Assembly: GCA_951406725.2 (NCBI GenBank)
Contig: OX597814.1
Span: 185,194,001-185,258,000 of the forward strand
Length of the DNA stretch: 64,000 nt
Direction of reading: 5' to 3'
Origin: Octopus vulgaris
Lineage: Eukaryota
In this document: piece after piece, positions 39,681 through 54,418 of the stretch
Numbering within the stretch: position 1 is the stretch's first letter
Layout: each line of letters begins with the position of its first letter
The notes under the pieces: generated by a model
Seen by the model: only the letters and a program-made list of their open reading frames with translations
Database searches by the model: none
What the model was told of the DNA's origin: nothing
Position numbers and translations under genes: made by a program

Positions 39681-40654
39681 TAAATACAAATATGTATGTT
39701 TATATATCTATTCATGCATGCATACGTACGTACGCACATATATACATATATACATTTATACGTATGACTGCAACATCATTAGTAAGTGAAATTAATAAAC
39801 TGATAAATGCGTATCTATTTACAATGGAATATATTATTTATCTCTTCTGTATTATATTAAATAATTCTAGGTTTTTCTATTATTTTTTCTTCTAAGAGTC
39901 ATGGTTTAGAAAATGGTAAATTGCTTTTAGTCTAATTTGTGCTGCTTAATTTCAATTCATTTCAATTCACCTGCATTTTTTATGATCTAAGGGAAGGTAT
40001 GATTGTCATAGTTACCATTTCAAGTTTATATGACAAATGATCGCTTGTTGATGGCCATGTTGTATATCTTTTGTTAGCTTCGTTGACACAGTACAGAGAG
40101 CAGGAGTAATGATGGTTGTATAATGGCTTGACTTCAAAGGAATTGGAATAATTTTAAAGCATCAGCGCCTTTGTTGACAGCAAAATGATCTCTTTTTGCA
40201 TGAATACATATGTACACACACACATACAAACACACACTTACTCGCTCACTCACAAACACACATACAGACACATAGACACACTCACATGCACACATATGCA
40301 TAGATAGGACCGTGGCCTAGTGGTTAGAGTGCTAGTCTCCTCCCGTTCAGAAAGTCGTAGGTTCGATTCCTAGACGGGAGATGATTCGTTGTGATTTTGA
40401 GTAAGGCACTTGCTTCACGTTGTTCCAGTATACTAAGCTAAAAATGAGAAACCGTCCAATAATAGTGTACATTCTTTTCCCCTCAGCTCTCATGTCCTCA
40501 ACATCCTCCAGGATCAAGGAGTGTAAGAACCAAGAGGGTAACTGTCTACTCACGACAATATGAGCAACAAAAGCAATTAGTGAAAATTTGGCACGTTACC
40601 AGTTCATACCCGCTTATAAGTAACGACAATGTTATATGTATTTATATATATATA

Positions 40655-41172
<518 letters not shown>

Positions 41173-41264
41173 ATATATATATATACACATACATAATATA
41201 AACATATATATATATTATACATGTACATATACATACATACATACCTACATACATACATACATAC

Positions 41265-41300
<36 letters not shown>

Positions 41301-41863
41301 GCAACAGTCTCAGAAGTTCTGTAAATGGACATGGACACTGCCTTCTCTCCTAAAACATCAAAAATTCTATATAATACATTATTTTCAAGCATGCTCTAGA
41401 AGAATTTTCCCATTAAATTCCAGCAAACAATAAAAGAATCGCGGAGCTGGAAAGCATCCAGGGTTAATGCCACCTAACTACGTCTAAATCAAATCCTAAT
41501 GTTTGGCACTGCATGCTCGAAAACTCAGAACTGTTTAAGAGCAGAGCTGCAAATGGTTTTTGTAAACAATCAATTAATTCAGGCTCTGTTGTGTTTCCTA
41601 TGCGATACACACACACACACAAACAAACACACACATATGTACATACATACATATACATACAGACATAAACACACACTCACACACACACGCGCGCGTGTGC
41701 GCACGCACGTACACACACATATAGTTTAACTTGTTTAGAATCCTGTACAATGCAAAAATGGAAATACAAGAGGGAACACTGAAGTAAGGAAGACTAAACA
41801 ACAGTTAGCATTTTACCTTTCGATACTTTATGATTAATACCTCATTGTCTGAAGAAAATGGAA

Positions 41864-42312
41864 GATTGTATCAAACTGGTACCATTTGCTAAGATATGTC
41901 GTACGATTGTATCAAGCTGGTATCATTTGCTAAGATATGTCGTACGATTGTATCAAGCTGGTATCATTTGCTAAGATATGTCGTACGATTGTATCATGCT
42001 GGTATCATTTGCTAAGATATGTCGTACGATTGTATCAAGCTGGTATCATTTGCTAAGATATGTCGTACGATTGTATCAAGCTGGTATCATTTGCTAAGAT
42101 ATGTCATACGATTGTATCAAGCTGGTATCATTTGCTAAGATATGTTGTACGATTGTATCAAGCTGGTATCATTTGCTAAGATATGTCGTACGATTTATCA
42201 AGCTGGTATCATTTGCTAAGATATGTCGTACGATTGTATCAAGCTGGTATCATTTGCTAAGATATGTCGTACGATTGTATCAAGCTGGTATCATTTGCTA
42301 AGATATGTCGTA
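41864..42312. repeat. Minisatellite, 11 x 41 bp
   Basis: Unit GATTGTATCAAGCTGGTATCATTTGCTAAGATATGTCGTAC, near-identical copies, no spacers. Confidence 0.97.
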
Positions 42313-44034
42313 TATATGTCGATACGACATAAGTAGAATGATATGGCTGCAATAGCAAATGCACTTTTCGTTGTTGTGTCTATTGCTAATGAACAGCTTT
42401 GGTTTATCAATGAAGATGGCCTCCCTAATCTTCAAATTACCGATGTTCCCTTCTGTTGCACTGACGATAACGTGAAGTCTTTGGCGAAGTGTTTCGTGGG
42501 GTGTTTTTTTTTTTAATATCAGAAATGTTTATCGCCACGTGCCTCTTGATGCCAATATACAGTTTTGTGGGAGTTCTACCGATATAAGAACCAACATATT
42601 TACCGAGATGCAGGTGGATAGAATGTGAACTTGGTGATATTTGGTTGACGATGCCTTAACAAGAATTTCGACAAAGAGAGACTAATGTGTATCATTTTTA
42701 TGTGCAATCCGTTTCTACAGATCCTCCATGGATTAAATTAGTGTTCCTGTTCTCAAAATATGACAGTCTCAGGAGGCATTTACCATTTCTGGAAAGGCGT
42801 GACTTCCTTTGTAAAATAGTTGCATTCTGGCGTAATGTGTATATGTGTCAGTTGAAACCTAAATGTATCAGACAGATATGTCACTGAAGAGTGTATAATT
42901 CAAGCCTAACGTTGTGTTCATAACATTCGTTACTTTTAAATAGCCCTGTATATCTACCTGTTATATATACTTACTACTTCAAGAAACAAACTTCAAGAAA
43001 CAAGATAGCCGTACTAACTACTTCAAGAAACAAGAGCAATTTCTAGTCGCTAAGTTGTGGTGTTTATGCTATGCTATTTGTTTGTTTTAATTTACTATGT
43101 TAAAATGAAACCCTATTTTTGAGCAGAACATCGATGGAAAATGAATACTCACATTTAAATTTGCTCCAAAATAAAAACTGCTTGATGACAAGATTCTTAG
43201 TTGGGACTTTTTAAATTATTCATAGTATTACGTATCTCTCTCTCTTTCTCTCTCATACACACACACATATAAAATTATGAATATACATATGTTTAGGGGA
43301 GGGACAATTGGGGGTACGTACTGACTCTCTTTTGTTGTCTGTGTCTCAGTTTTGACAATTTTCACTTTTAAGATTATAATTGGCTTGACATAACATGGAA
43401 GCAATCTTTATCTCCGCCATGTTCTCTTTGCGAGTACATTAAACCCTCCTTATTTGTGTTTACTGGAGCAGAATAAAATCATAAATAAACCCACCGATAA
43501 CAAACAAAACGAAAGCCGAAAGATAAAAACAAGAAAGAAAACACAAACAAACGCACAAAGAAAAGAAAAAGCTAAAACAAAAAGCAAAAATAGATATTTT
43601 TCCCCTCTCAAAATTTGACAGGATAAGAGAGTCTAGAAAGAGATAAAAATGAGTAAATAGGTATACGAATTAGAAAGAGATCTGTCTGTGATATAACATG
43701 TGATGTTTTTTCAAAGGCTGCAACGAACCCTCGCCTTATATGTTCTGAGGCCCTCATTAGCAGCAGGCCACACAAAGAGGGTAATGTTTTCGCGTTAAAA
43801 CTTCCGAGAAAAAAGACAAGCTGAACTATAACTTTCAAAGATAAACAGCCAGTCAGTGTCTGTCCATTCATCAACTCAGTGGGTATAGATAGGGGTTTTA
43901 AGAAAGCAGAAAGGAATTCTTTGCATATATGAAAGAAGACTTCAGAGGAGAAAAGATATACACATATACACATTTACAACAAATGTTGCAGTAAAGGAGG
44001 AACAACAACAACAATAACAACAACAACAACAACA

Positions 44035-44073
<39 letters not shown>

Positions 44074-44152
44074 TGGTTCTCTTTTTGCCACAAGGGCGAC
44101 GAACGAGGGAGATAACAATTCTAAGGATTGAGGCAACGTTAACTGTAATCAT

Positions 44153-44267
<115 letters not shown>

Positions 44268-44742
44268 TTAATAATGATTTCTTTGATGAGATTATGAAGA
44301 ATATTAACTTCCTACACATAAAAAAGGAGTAAATGAATGTTTCTCAAAATAAACAAATAAATTATATTAACAATGATAACATTAATGAGAAGAAGAAGAA
44401 GAAGAAGAAGAAGAAGAAGAAAAAAATGATGATGATGATGATGATGATGATGGAGGAGGAGGAAGAGGAAAAGGAAAAATATGTAGAAGAAGATGAAGAA
44501 GAGAGAGGGGAAGGAGAAGAGGGGGAGGAGGAGAAGAAGAAGGGGAGGCTGAGGGGGAGGAGGAGAAGGAGGAAAAGAAGAAGAAAAAGAAGAAGAAGAA
44601 GAAAAAGTAGAAGATGAAGAGAGAGGAGAAGGAGAAGAAGGAGGAAGAGGACAAGAAGAAGGAGGAGGGTGAAGAGAAGAAGGGGACGGTGAAGAGAAGA
44701 AGGGGAGGCTGAGGAGAAGAAGAAGAAGAAGAAGAAGAAGAA

Positions 44743-44808
<66 letters not shown>

Positions 44809-44894
44809 GAAGAAGAAGAAGGAGTTATACCTGGACTCTCAACACTACACACTATCCAAAAAAATAACCCTACTAGGAACAGTCCACTCCCTAC

Positions 44895-45376
44895 GTAATT
44901 AGTCTTGCGGCTCTGCATCTGGAGAAGCAAGTCTGAGCTGCCCGGGTACTGAACACGGACCGGTTGAATTGCTCGGGTCTGGTTCGTTCCGGGCATCATG
45001 ATAGACAAAAATTAGGACGAGGTAATGAGAAATGGGCTGTGAGGAAGATAGATGAAGCTATCCCTGAAAGGACGGGGAATGGTGGCTAATGTGTACATCG
45101 CATCCGTCATCTATTACCGCCTGACTGTCATGTCTGGATGCACTGGAGTGTATACTCTTTCGCTTCTTGTGAAATGAACGCGCTCCCATAGTCAGGCGAT
45201 CCATCTGTTGCCAACACCTGTTGCATGGTGAACTGAGCATGCTATAGCTGATGATGTGCAAACATGCGCTGAAACTATCTTCAGCGCTTCCTGGTGATGA
45301 ACAGGTTTAGTCAACGTTCACCGGACACGTATTTCCTGCGGCTCATCTCTTTGACGGCGCTGCAGTCAAGAGCCAG

Positions 45377-45380
<4 letters not shown>
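44895..45380 (+). mobile_element. Tx1/L1-like LINE fragment
   Basis: Decayed KLSLKGR..VANVYIASVIYYRLTV region. Confidence 0.7.
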
Positions 45381-45423
<43 letters not shown>

Positions 45424-45429
45424 ACTTGG

Positions 45430-45970
45430 GAAGTAGAATATCTTCAAGCGCCCAGGCTTGTCCATTGCACACTTTGAACAAGTATGGACTTGAGAGGGCA
45501 AAAAACCTGAAGGCATTGTCGAAAATAGAAATGCAAAGTTCCTACGGGATTTTATGATTCAGTGCGACCATTAGACTGAGAATAGGAAGCCGTACATAGC
45601 CTTAATTGAAAAAGAAAACAAAATATGCTGGATCAGAGACATAGCATGCCCAGCTGACAACAAGGTATGCGATAAGGAAGAAAGAAAAGTCGAGAGATAT
45701 GACAGGTTAGCTTGGGAAGTTAAGCAGTTGTGGTCGATGAAAAAGGTAGCAGTAGTACCAATAATTGTCGGAGCCCTGGAAAAAATCTCGAGAGGTACGT
45801 GAAACAAATAGGGGCTGCAATGAGGGTGGAGCACTTGCAGAAAACAACACTGCTTGGAACCGCTCCAATACTCCGGAAAGTGCTCGAAAAACAAGAGGTA
45901 TTAGCTTAGTTCACTGGTAGTGAATAGCTGACACTGTAGTACATCTCCAGCGTTAGAAGCTGTGCAAAGG
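45430..45970 (+). mobile_element. R4/Dong-like non-LTR 3' end (same family as 885-1385)
   Basis: ENRKP...IACPADNKV...VVPIIVGAL...LQKTTLLGT; ends in a (CAA)/(TAA)n tail. Confidence 0.8.
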
Positions 45971-46240
45971 CAACAACAACAACAACAAAAACAACAACAA
46001 TAATAATAATAATAATAATAATACTTTCTACTGAAAGCACAAGGTCTCAAATTTGGGGGGGAAGAGAAAAAGTCAATTACATCGACCCCGATGCATAAAT
46101 GGTACTTAATTTCTCGACCCCAAAAGAATGAAAGGCAAAGTCAACCTCAGCGAGATTCGAACTAAGAACGAAATAGTTGCAGCAGACGAAATACGGCTGA
46201 ACCTTTCGGCCGGCGTGCTACCGACTTGGCCAACACCGCC

Positions 46241-46360
<120 letters not shown>

Positions 46361-46385
46361 TGATGATGATGATAATGATAATAAT

Positions 46386-46485
46386 AATGGTGTACCCTTA
46401 TCAGACGGGTAGTTATGATGGGTATACTGGGCTTCGTATATTTTACCCCAGTGTCACTTTGATGCCGTACATTGCTCTCTCACTC

Positions 46486-46571
<86 letters not shown>

Positions 46572-46720
46572 TAATAATAATAATAATAATAATAATAATT
46601 ATAATAATTATAATAATAATAATAATAATAATGGTGTACGCTTATCAGACGGGTAGTCATGATGGGTATACTGGGCTTCGTATATTTTACCCCCAGTGTC
46701 AGTTTGATGCCGTACACTGC
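46386..46720 (+). repeat. Two copies of a ~90-bp unit embedded in (AAT)n; probable LINE 3' ends
   Basis: ATGGTGTAC.CTTATCAGACGGGTAGT.ATGATGGGTATACTGGGCTTCGTATATTTTACCCCAGTGTCA at about 46387 and 46631, each followed by (AAT)n. Confidence 0.75.
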
Positions 46721-46793
<73 letters not shown>

Positions 46794-47131
46794 CAACAAC
46801 AACCACAACAACAACGACGACGACGACGATGACGACAACAACAGCAACAATTGCATTTCGTAAATGCTGTAAACCTATTAGCAATAGCTAATAAACAAAA
46901 GAAACAGAAAAGTGTCACTTCTAGAATCCCTTAGCGAACTTATCGCTAGATATGAGATATTCCGAAAATGTCTCATATAACGCAACCCTTCTGATCCTCT
47001 CGTTGTGCTAATTTATTTATATATTACACTGTTTGCATCATTTGATATTCTGGAAGGGTAGACTTCAAAAGGAACGGCTACGATTAGTTTTAAAATGATA
47101 TATATGTACGTATGATGTGTGTATCTGTGTG

Positions 47132-47177
<46 letters not shown>

Positions 47178-47241
47178 TGTATGTATGTATGTATGTATGT
47201 ATGTATGTATGTATGTATATATATATACATATATATATATG

Positions 47242-47272
<31 letters not shown>

Positions 47273-47289
47273 GTGTGTATATATATATG

Positions 47290-47352
<63 letters not shown>

Positions 47353-47394
47353 ATATATACATATATATATATGTATATATATGTATATATATGT

Positions 47395-47431
<37 letters not shown>

Positions 47432-47449
47432 CATATATATATATACATG

Positions 47450-47502
<53 letters not shown>

Positions 47503-47999
47503 GTGTATATATATATATACCATATATGTATGTATATGCATATTTATGTACCCAGTTATATACACACGCGCACACAAAAGATATGGGTGTGTATACCTAC
47601 AACACCTATATACGTGTATGTGTATAAATATAAGTGTGTGTATGTGTTTATATCCTCATTATTAGCATATTAATGTATGTTAATGTATGTTTTCTCCATG
47701 TACCATTGGGTGGAGGTCTATGTGTTTATGCGTTATGCAATGAATGCATATGTGTATGTTCGTGTGTATGTATGTGTGTGAGCGTACGTGTAAATGCATA
47801 TATACTGACTGCTTTCTCATATACGAGCAAAGTCATCGCTAGAAAGAATCACTGAAATGAATCATTGATAATGCAACGTGAGACCCTTATATGACACTTG
47901 AGCCCCGCCAAAGGTTTCCACATTTTATTGCATAAAGCAGTTGTGCTGGCTGGCAAAAGGAACCAGTTTCATAGCCAGAGTATGAAGTCTTTTGCATAT

Positions 48000-48690
48000 A
48001 TATATATATTATATAAAAACTGTTCTGTCTGTCTCTGTGTGTGTATTCTAGGATCTCGGGCATCCTCCATCCGATTGCGCTAAAATTTGATATGTAGATG
48101 CCGACGGTATCAGGACGTGTATAATATATTATATAAAATCCTTTCTGTCTGTCTGTCTGTCTGTGTGTTTCTTCTAGGATCTCGGGTATCCTCCATCCGA
48201 TTGCGCTCAAATTTGATATGTAGATACCGATGGTATCAGGGCGTGTATAAGTCCTGAAAAAATTACAAAAATCGATTCCAGGTGAGAATGCGATCGATAA
48301 AGCCGTTTTTGTCCTGCTTTTCTTCAGTCAACCTGTACATAACTGCACTTTCCAATTTTTGTTGTTTTTGTACTGCTTAAAGGCACGTTTCTTTCCTACC
48401 AAGCTTACTGTTTAAACCATGTTTGTGTTCTCCCAGTAAACAGCCTTATCATTACTGGTACTTTAAACTCTTCGATTGCATATTTGTGTAAATAAAATGG
48501 TTTTTTCTTTGGAATAGAAAAAAAGTCTATCTATATTTCTTCTTTTGCTGGTGTCTCAAATTTAGGTTAAATCAGTGTTTCTCAAAGGGGAGGCATGTGG
48601 GACGGTCGGACAAGTTGTTTTGAGAAAATTTGGTTCAAATGTTTGACAACTCAGCACCGTCCTTTGGACGGGGAGCGTTTTGCTCGTATA
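48000..48690 (+). mobile_element. Non-autonomous Helitron-like element with duplicated 5' end
   Basis: Starts TATATAAAA followed by (CTGT)n; 3' hairpin CCGTCCTTTGGACGG shortly before a CTCGT end; first ~120 bp present twice. Confidence 0.7.
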
Positions 48691-48711
48691 TAAATATGTA
48701 ATACACACACA

Positions 48712-48798
<87 letters not shown>

Positions 48799-48848
48799 AA
48801 CGTAAAAATACGACGCTAAAGTGTGTGTATATATAAACACCCGCAAAA

Positions 48849-48932
48849 TGGATAATGTGGTACCTGCAGGTTTCAGGTTTTGCAGATATGTCTCTCACCC
48901 ATATTTGCTTTACCTTCTTCAAAACATATCCA
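48849..48932 (-). ncRNA. Type I hammerhead ribozyme-like motif (U3 variant, long stem II)
   Basis: Minus: UGGAUAUGUU-UUGAAGA-AGGU-aaa-GCA-a-AUAUG-loop-CAUAU-c-UGC-aaa-ACCU-GAAA-CCUGCAGG-UA-CCACAUUAUCCA. Palindromic stem III; distal stem I UGGAUA/UAUCCA, proximal part mismatched. Confidence 0.7.
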
Positions 48933-49013
48933 GACGAAACTACGATGTTACCACATAAATACTAACACACTCGACTGAAATATATATATGTATATATGTA
49001 TATATATATATAA

Positions 49014-49059
<46 letters not shown>

Positions 49060-50491
49060 GTGTATATATATATACACACACATATATATGTATGCATCTA
49101 TGTATGTAGATACGTAGGTAGGTTTGTACGTACGTAGGTTATTTGATAGATAGATATGCAGAAGCAGCCAGGCAGTATGGGAGAGGAAAGAGAGAAAGAT
49201 TGGGGTAGATAATAGATTCACATATAGTTTCATAGTAGACATCTTTAACTCCAAACTATATAGTCATAGTAGTCATCGTTAACTACAATTAAGTTATTTT
49301 TCACAGAAGTCTCTCTATATAATTAAAGGTTAATTAGAATTATGATAGCAACAATGACTGTTTTAAGATGTAGAATGAAATGGAAGAATCTCGAATATCT
49401 TTTATAAAACATCATACTCGTATATATACATATGTGCCAGTGTCTGTGTGTGTGTGCGTGTGTGTGTATGTGTGTGTGTATGTATGTATGTATATAGAGT
49501 AAAAATTTCACTGGACGACAAAGGAACACACGGACAAAAATCACACGCAAGTCGTGGAGATGATCATACCTGATCAGTTATCCGCCAAAAGTCATCACAG
49601 TTTCGTGCCATTATCAATAAGATTGCTAATTTTTGTAACATCAGCAGCCAAAGCTGCTGGGATAAGTGAGCGGGCGTAAAAGGTGGTAAGAAATAATGAA
49701 AAGAAAACAACACATGAAGGTGGTATATTTCAGCTATGAGTCAGCATAGGGCAAGACGTGCAGAAATAATACCAATGAAAAATGTTCTGTAGGACTTGAA
49801 AGGGAAAGTAGAGAGCTAGAAAGATAGAAAGACAGGCGAAAAGATGGAAGACATAGATAACAAGATAGAATGAAAAACGGAAAAATAAGACGAACCCGGG
49901 GCTAGATGTGAATGCTAAGGTGAGAGCACTGGAGAGCATGAGTGAACAGATCAGCGGTCAAGCAAGAATAGGATGGGTGAAGAGTGAAACAAGATGATCA
50001 GGTGGTACGTAAAATGGAGGAGAGAGAGTAAAAAATTGGAGAAGAGCAGAGCGAAAGACAAAGGGTGGTGAGAGGAAAGGCTCGTGCACAGATATACATA
50101 CATAAAGGGGTAAATGCACACTCACTCGCACATACATATATACACACAAATACACTCACACATACACACGCACACACGCACACACACACACACACACATA
50201 TATGCATAAAAATATAGATAAATACTAATATATACGTGTACGCGTATATATGTATGAACAGAGAATGCGCAATGGATCTCTAATGAGAGGTTAATAAACG
50301 TTGAGCGATTTGCCTTCCTGAAATAAGGAAGTAATCAACTATTTACAGTGAGTTGATAGCATATTTTACATCTCTTTTTCAATATATGCGTTTATTTTGT
50401 GTTAATATATGTGCAGACACACGCAAACACAAGACAATCATATGTTCACATACATATGAACACACAAACACACATATGCTTGTATATATAA

Positions 50492-50545
50492 CTCGCTAGT
50501 TACTCTAGAGTTTCCCTGATGGGTAGCTGGCTCGTCAGATACGAA
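50492..50545 (-). ncRNA. Degenerate type I hammerhead-like motif
   Basis: Minus: UUCGUAU-CUGACGA-GCCAGCUACCCAUCAGG-GAAA-CUCUAGAG-UA-ACUAGCGAG. Intact core and perfect palindromic stem III; weak stems I and II. Confidence 0.55.
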
Positions 50546-50705
50546 GAGACTTGTTTGTTTCTTTATGATAAACCGACTACATGTCATGTCCAAGTAATTG
50601 CACACTTCTGCGATATAATGTCATTCTCTTCTTCGTTGATATTAAATTTTGTGTATACACATTCATGCAGATAGATAGACAGACATAGATAGATAGAGAG
50701 ATAGA

Positions 50706-50739
<34 letters not shown>

Positions 50740-50774
50740 GGAAGACAAACAGGAAGACAAACAGACAGACAGAT

Positions 50775-51195
50775 AGGTGCAGGAGTGGCTGTGGTAAGTA
50801 GCTTGCTTACAAACTTCATAGTTCCGGGTTAAGTCCTACTGCGTGGCACCTTGGGCAAGTGTCTTCTACTATAGCCTCGGGCCGACTAAAGCCTTGTGAG
50901 TGGATTTGGTAGACGGAAACTGAAGGAGCCCGTCGTATATATGCGCGCGTGTGTGTGTGTTTGTGTGTGTGTTTGTGTGTGTGTTTGTGTGTGTGTCTGT
51001 GTTTGTCCTCCCACCATCGCTTGACAACCGATGCTGGTGTGTCTACGTCCCCGTAACTTAGCGGTTCGGCAAAAGAGACCGATAGAATAAGTACTAGACT
51101 TACAAATAATGAATTCTGGGGTCGATTTGTTCGACTAAAGGCGGTGCTCCAGCATGGCTGCAGTCAAATATCTGAAACAAATAAGAGTAAAAGAA
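50775..51195 (+). mobile_element. SINE family A
   Basis: Full-length copy. Confidence 0.9.
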
Positions 51196-51218
51196 AAAGA
51201 GACTGACAGACAGACAAT

Positions 51219-51298
<80 letters not shown>

Positions 51299-51885
51299 AA
51301 ATCTGAACATTGTCTCTGCGGTTGAAACTGTTCGTTTCAGATCTCCCTGAAATCATCATCAGGTGACTATTATTGTATAGAAATTGTTGACAATGGCTTT
51401 ATTTATTATATTCAGTTAAACAGAGAAACGCAGTAAAATCATCTAAAAAAAAACAAATAAAACGCTTTTCAAAAAAATGTCTAGACAGCAGACATTCTTT
51501 TACGACATTTGAAAAAAAATAATGAATATAGAAAACTTGTAAAACTATGTCAAGTGACACTGAATGTCATTGATTTCGAAATTAAAATCATAAAATTTAT
51601 TAGTAAAAGTCAAGTGAGATAGCTTAAAATTTAACCTTAGTGAATAAAATAATCTCTCAAATAGTAGAGAACTGTGTGTTATATAAAGAGCAAGACAGAG
51701 AATTTGGCTTAAAACGGAAAATGAAAACTGGTAGAACTGTGTGGACGGAGGGTCCGAATCAAACTTTCCGTATATTTTTACAAAGAACTTCCGACTTCCT
51801 TTCCCTGTCTGTCTCGCCGCTTTCCCTTTCTCTCTCTTTAGTGTGTGTGAAAACAATAATTCAAATAAAGACCTCTCTCTCTATG

Positions 51886-51943
<58 letters not shown>

Positions 51944-51947
51944 TAAA

Positions 51948-51984
<37 letters not shown>

Positions 51985-51988
<4 letters not shown>

Positions 51989-52513
51989 GAGCAAAACGCC
52001 CCCGTCCAATTGACGGTGCTGAGTTGTCAAACATTTAAACCAAATTTTCTCAAAACAATTAGGCCTCCCCTTTGAGAAACACTGATTTAACCTAAATTTG
52101 AGACACCAGCAAAAGAAGAAATATAGATAGACTTTTTTCTATTCCAAAGAAAAACGATTTTATTCACACAAATATGCAACCGAAGAATTTAAAGTACCAG
52201 TAATGATAAGGCTGTTGACTGGGAGAACACGAAGATGGTTTAAACAGTAAGCTTGGCAGTACAAAAGCAAAAAATGGAAGGTGCAGTTATGTACAGGTTG
52301 ACGGAAGAAAAGCAGGACAAAAACGGCTTTATCGATCGTATTCTCACCTGGAAACGATTTTTGTAATTTTTTTGAAGACTTATACGCGCCCTGATACCGT
52401 CGGTATCCTATCTACTTATCAAATTTGAGCCCAATCGGTTGGAGGATGCCCGAGATCCTAGAAGACACACACACCCACACACACACACAGACAGAACGGA
52501 TTTTATATAATAT
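51985..52513 (-). mobile_element. Second copy of the same Helitron-like element, opposite orientation
   Basis: Reverse complement of 48125-48690 with small deletions; 3' hairpin CCGTCAATTGGACGG then CTCGT. Confidence 0.7.
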
Positions 52514-52749
52514 ACATATATGCATATATTATTAATAGTCGGCCGAAGTTACAGTGTTTCAAAGAGCTGAGAATTTTGTGCATTGCCATTTATCAAACTA
52601 GTTTCATATTATTGAGTTAAAACTAGCTCTATAAGTGCCAACGCACGAAACACTCGGCCTTAGAGTCAATCGAACAATTACTAGTAAAAGAAAACTCATA
52701 TATTCACGTTTGAGTTCTGTATTTCTTGCTTGCGTCACCCCGAACATAG

Positions 52750-53430
52750 ATAAGCTTCTTTATTGGCCACACAGGGCTGCACACAGATGGGACAAGTTAC
52801 AAGGTAGAGCTTTTCTTTTGGGGGATGAAGAGAACAAAAAACAAAAGAAGAAAAGGGGGTGGCGTAGGTTTTCGATCAAGAGGGATCGTAAAAGGGAAGA
52901 AAAGAACAAAAACAAAAAAAAATTGAATAAAATAAAAAGAATAAAAAGAAAAAAAAGAAAAGGAAAAGGAACAATAGGAAAGAGAAATGAAAAAAGAAGA
53001 AAAAAGGGGAAAAAGGGGAAGAGGAAAATAAAGAACGATCAATAGGGATCGTGTATCACAGTGTTATGATATATGGTGTAAAGGGGAAAGCAAGTAAGGT
53101 TTATCCGTGGGAAGAAAAGCCTACGAAAAAGACCACGGTAACCTTGGTCAATATTGTTATATGTTACCACATTTGTTTGCAAGTGGGTAACCCTCTGTTT
53201 TCAATTTCTGGGTTCATAGGATTATGCTCAAGGTGGCTTCGTCATTCATACGTGCCATCCTTGCTACATTCACCCATCTTTTTTTAAAACATTCGCTAGA
53301 CAAAACTTGCCTCTCTACTCTCACTTTCCTTTTCAAGTGGTACTTGAAGAAGTTGATGAGAGATTGACCAGAGAGGAAAGTGTTTGTCTCCAATCCTTTC
53401 AGACGCGTCCACCAGATACATTCTTTCGCC
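52750..53430 (-). mobile_element. Tx1-like LINE 3' end
   Basis: C-terminal W.TRLKGL...LINFFKYHLKRKVRVERQVLS..F.KRWV plus a 3' UTR shared with other copies. Confidence 0.7.
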
Positions 53431-53523
<93 letters not shown>

Positions 53524-53524
53524 C

Positions 53525-53750
53525 AGTTGTATGCCAGACTTGTTTGGCGACGTCTTGGCAGCAGTGTACTGCAACTGGCAGCAAAACGGTGCATCCCCGG
53601 TTTTTTGAGCCGAGGAGCCGTAACACTGCTGAAGAAAGATCTAAACAAGGGGGACGTAATAGATAACTTTAGGCCCATGACTGTGCTTTATGCAGACTTG
53701 AAAATTTTGGCCAAGGTGTTAGCCAAGAGGTTGGCGCTTGTCATCGAGAA
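53525..53750 (+). mobile_element. Tx1/L1-like LINE RT N-terminal fragment
   Basis: ORF 53527-53760: RGAVTLLKK...NFRPMTVLYADLKILAKVLAKRL. Confidence 0.88.
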
Positions 53751-53752
53751 AC

Positions 53753-53836
<84 letters not shown>

Positions 53837-53877
53837 GTAGGTAGGTAGGTAGGTAGATAGATAGATAGATAGATAAT

Positions 53878-54418
<541 letters not shown>

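Noticed and set aside
41864-42312. CRISPR-like array
   Set aside because: Contiguous repeats with no unique spacers, no cas genes, eukaryotic context.
45245-45290. CUGAUGA...GAAAC string
   Set aside because: Lies within decayed Tx1 coding sequence; stems I and III do not form.
47013-47673. Long ORFs rich in YI, CV, HT, poly-I or poly-N, here and throughout the window
   Set aside because: Translations of stop-free microsatellites, not genes.
51315-51370. Minus-strand CUGAUGA...GAAAC with a stem II
   Set aside because: No convincing stem I and no palindromic stem III.
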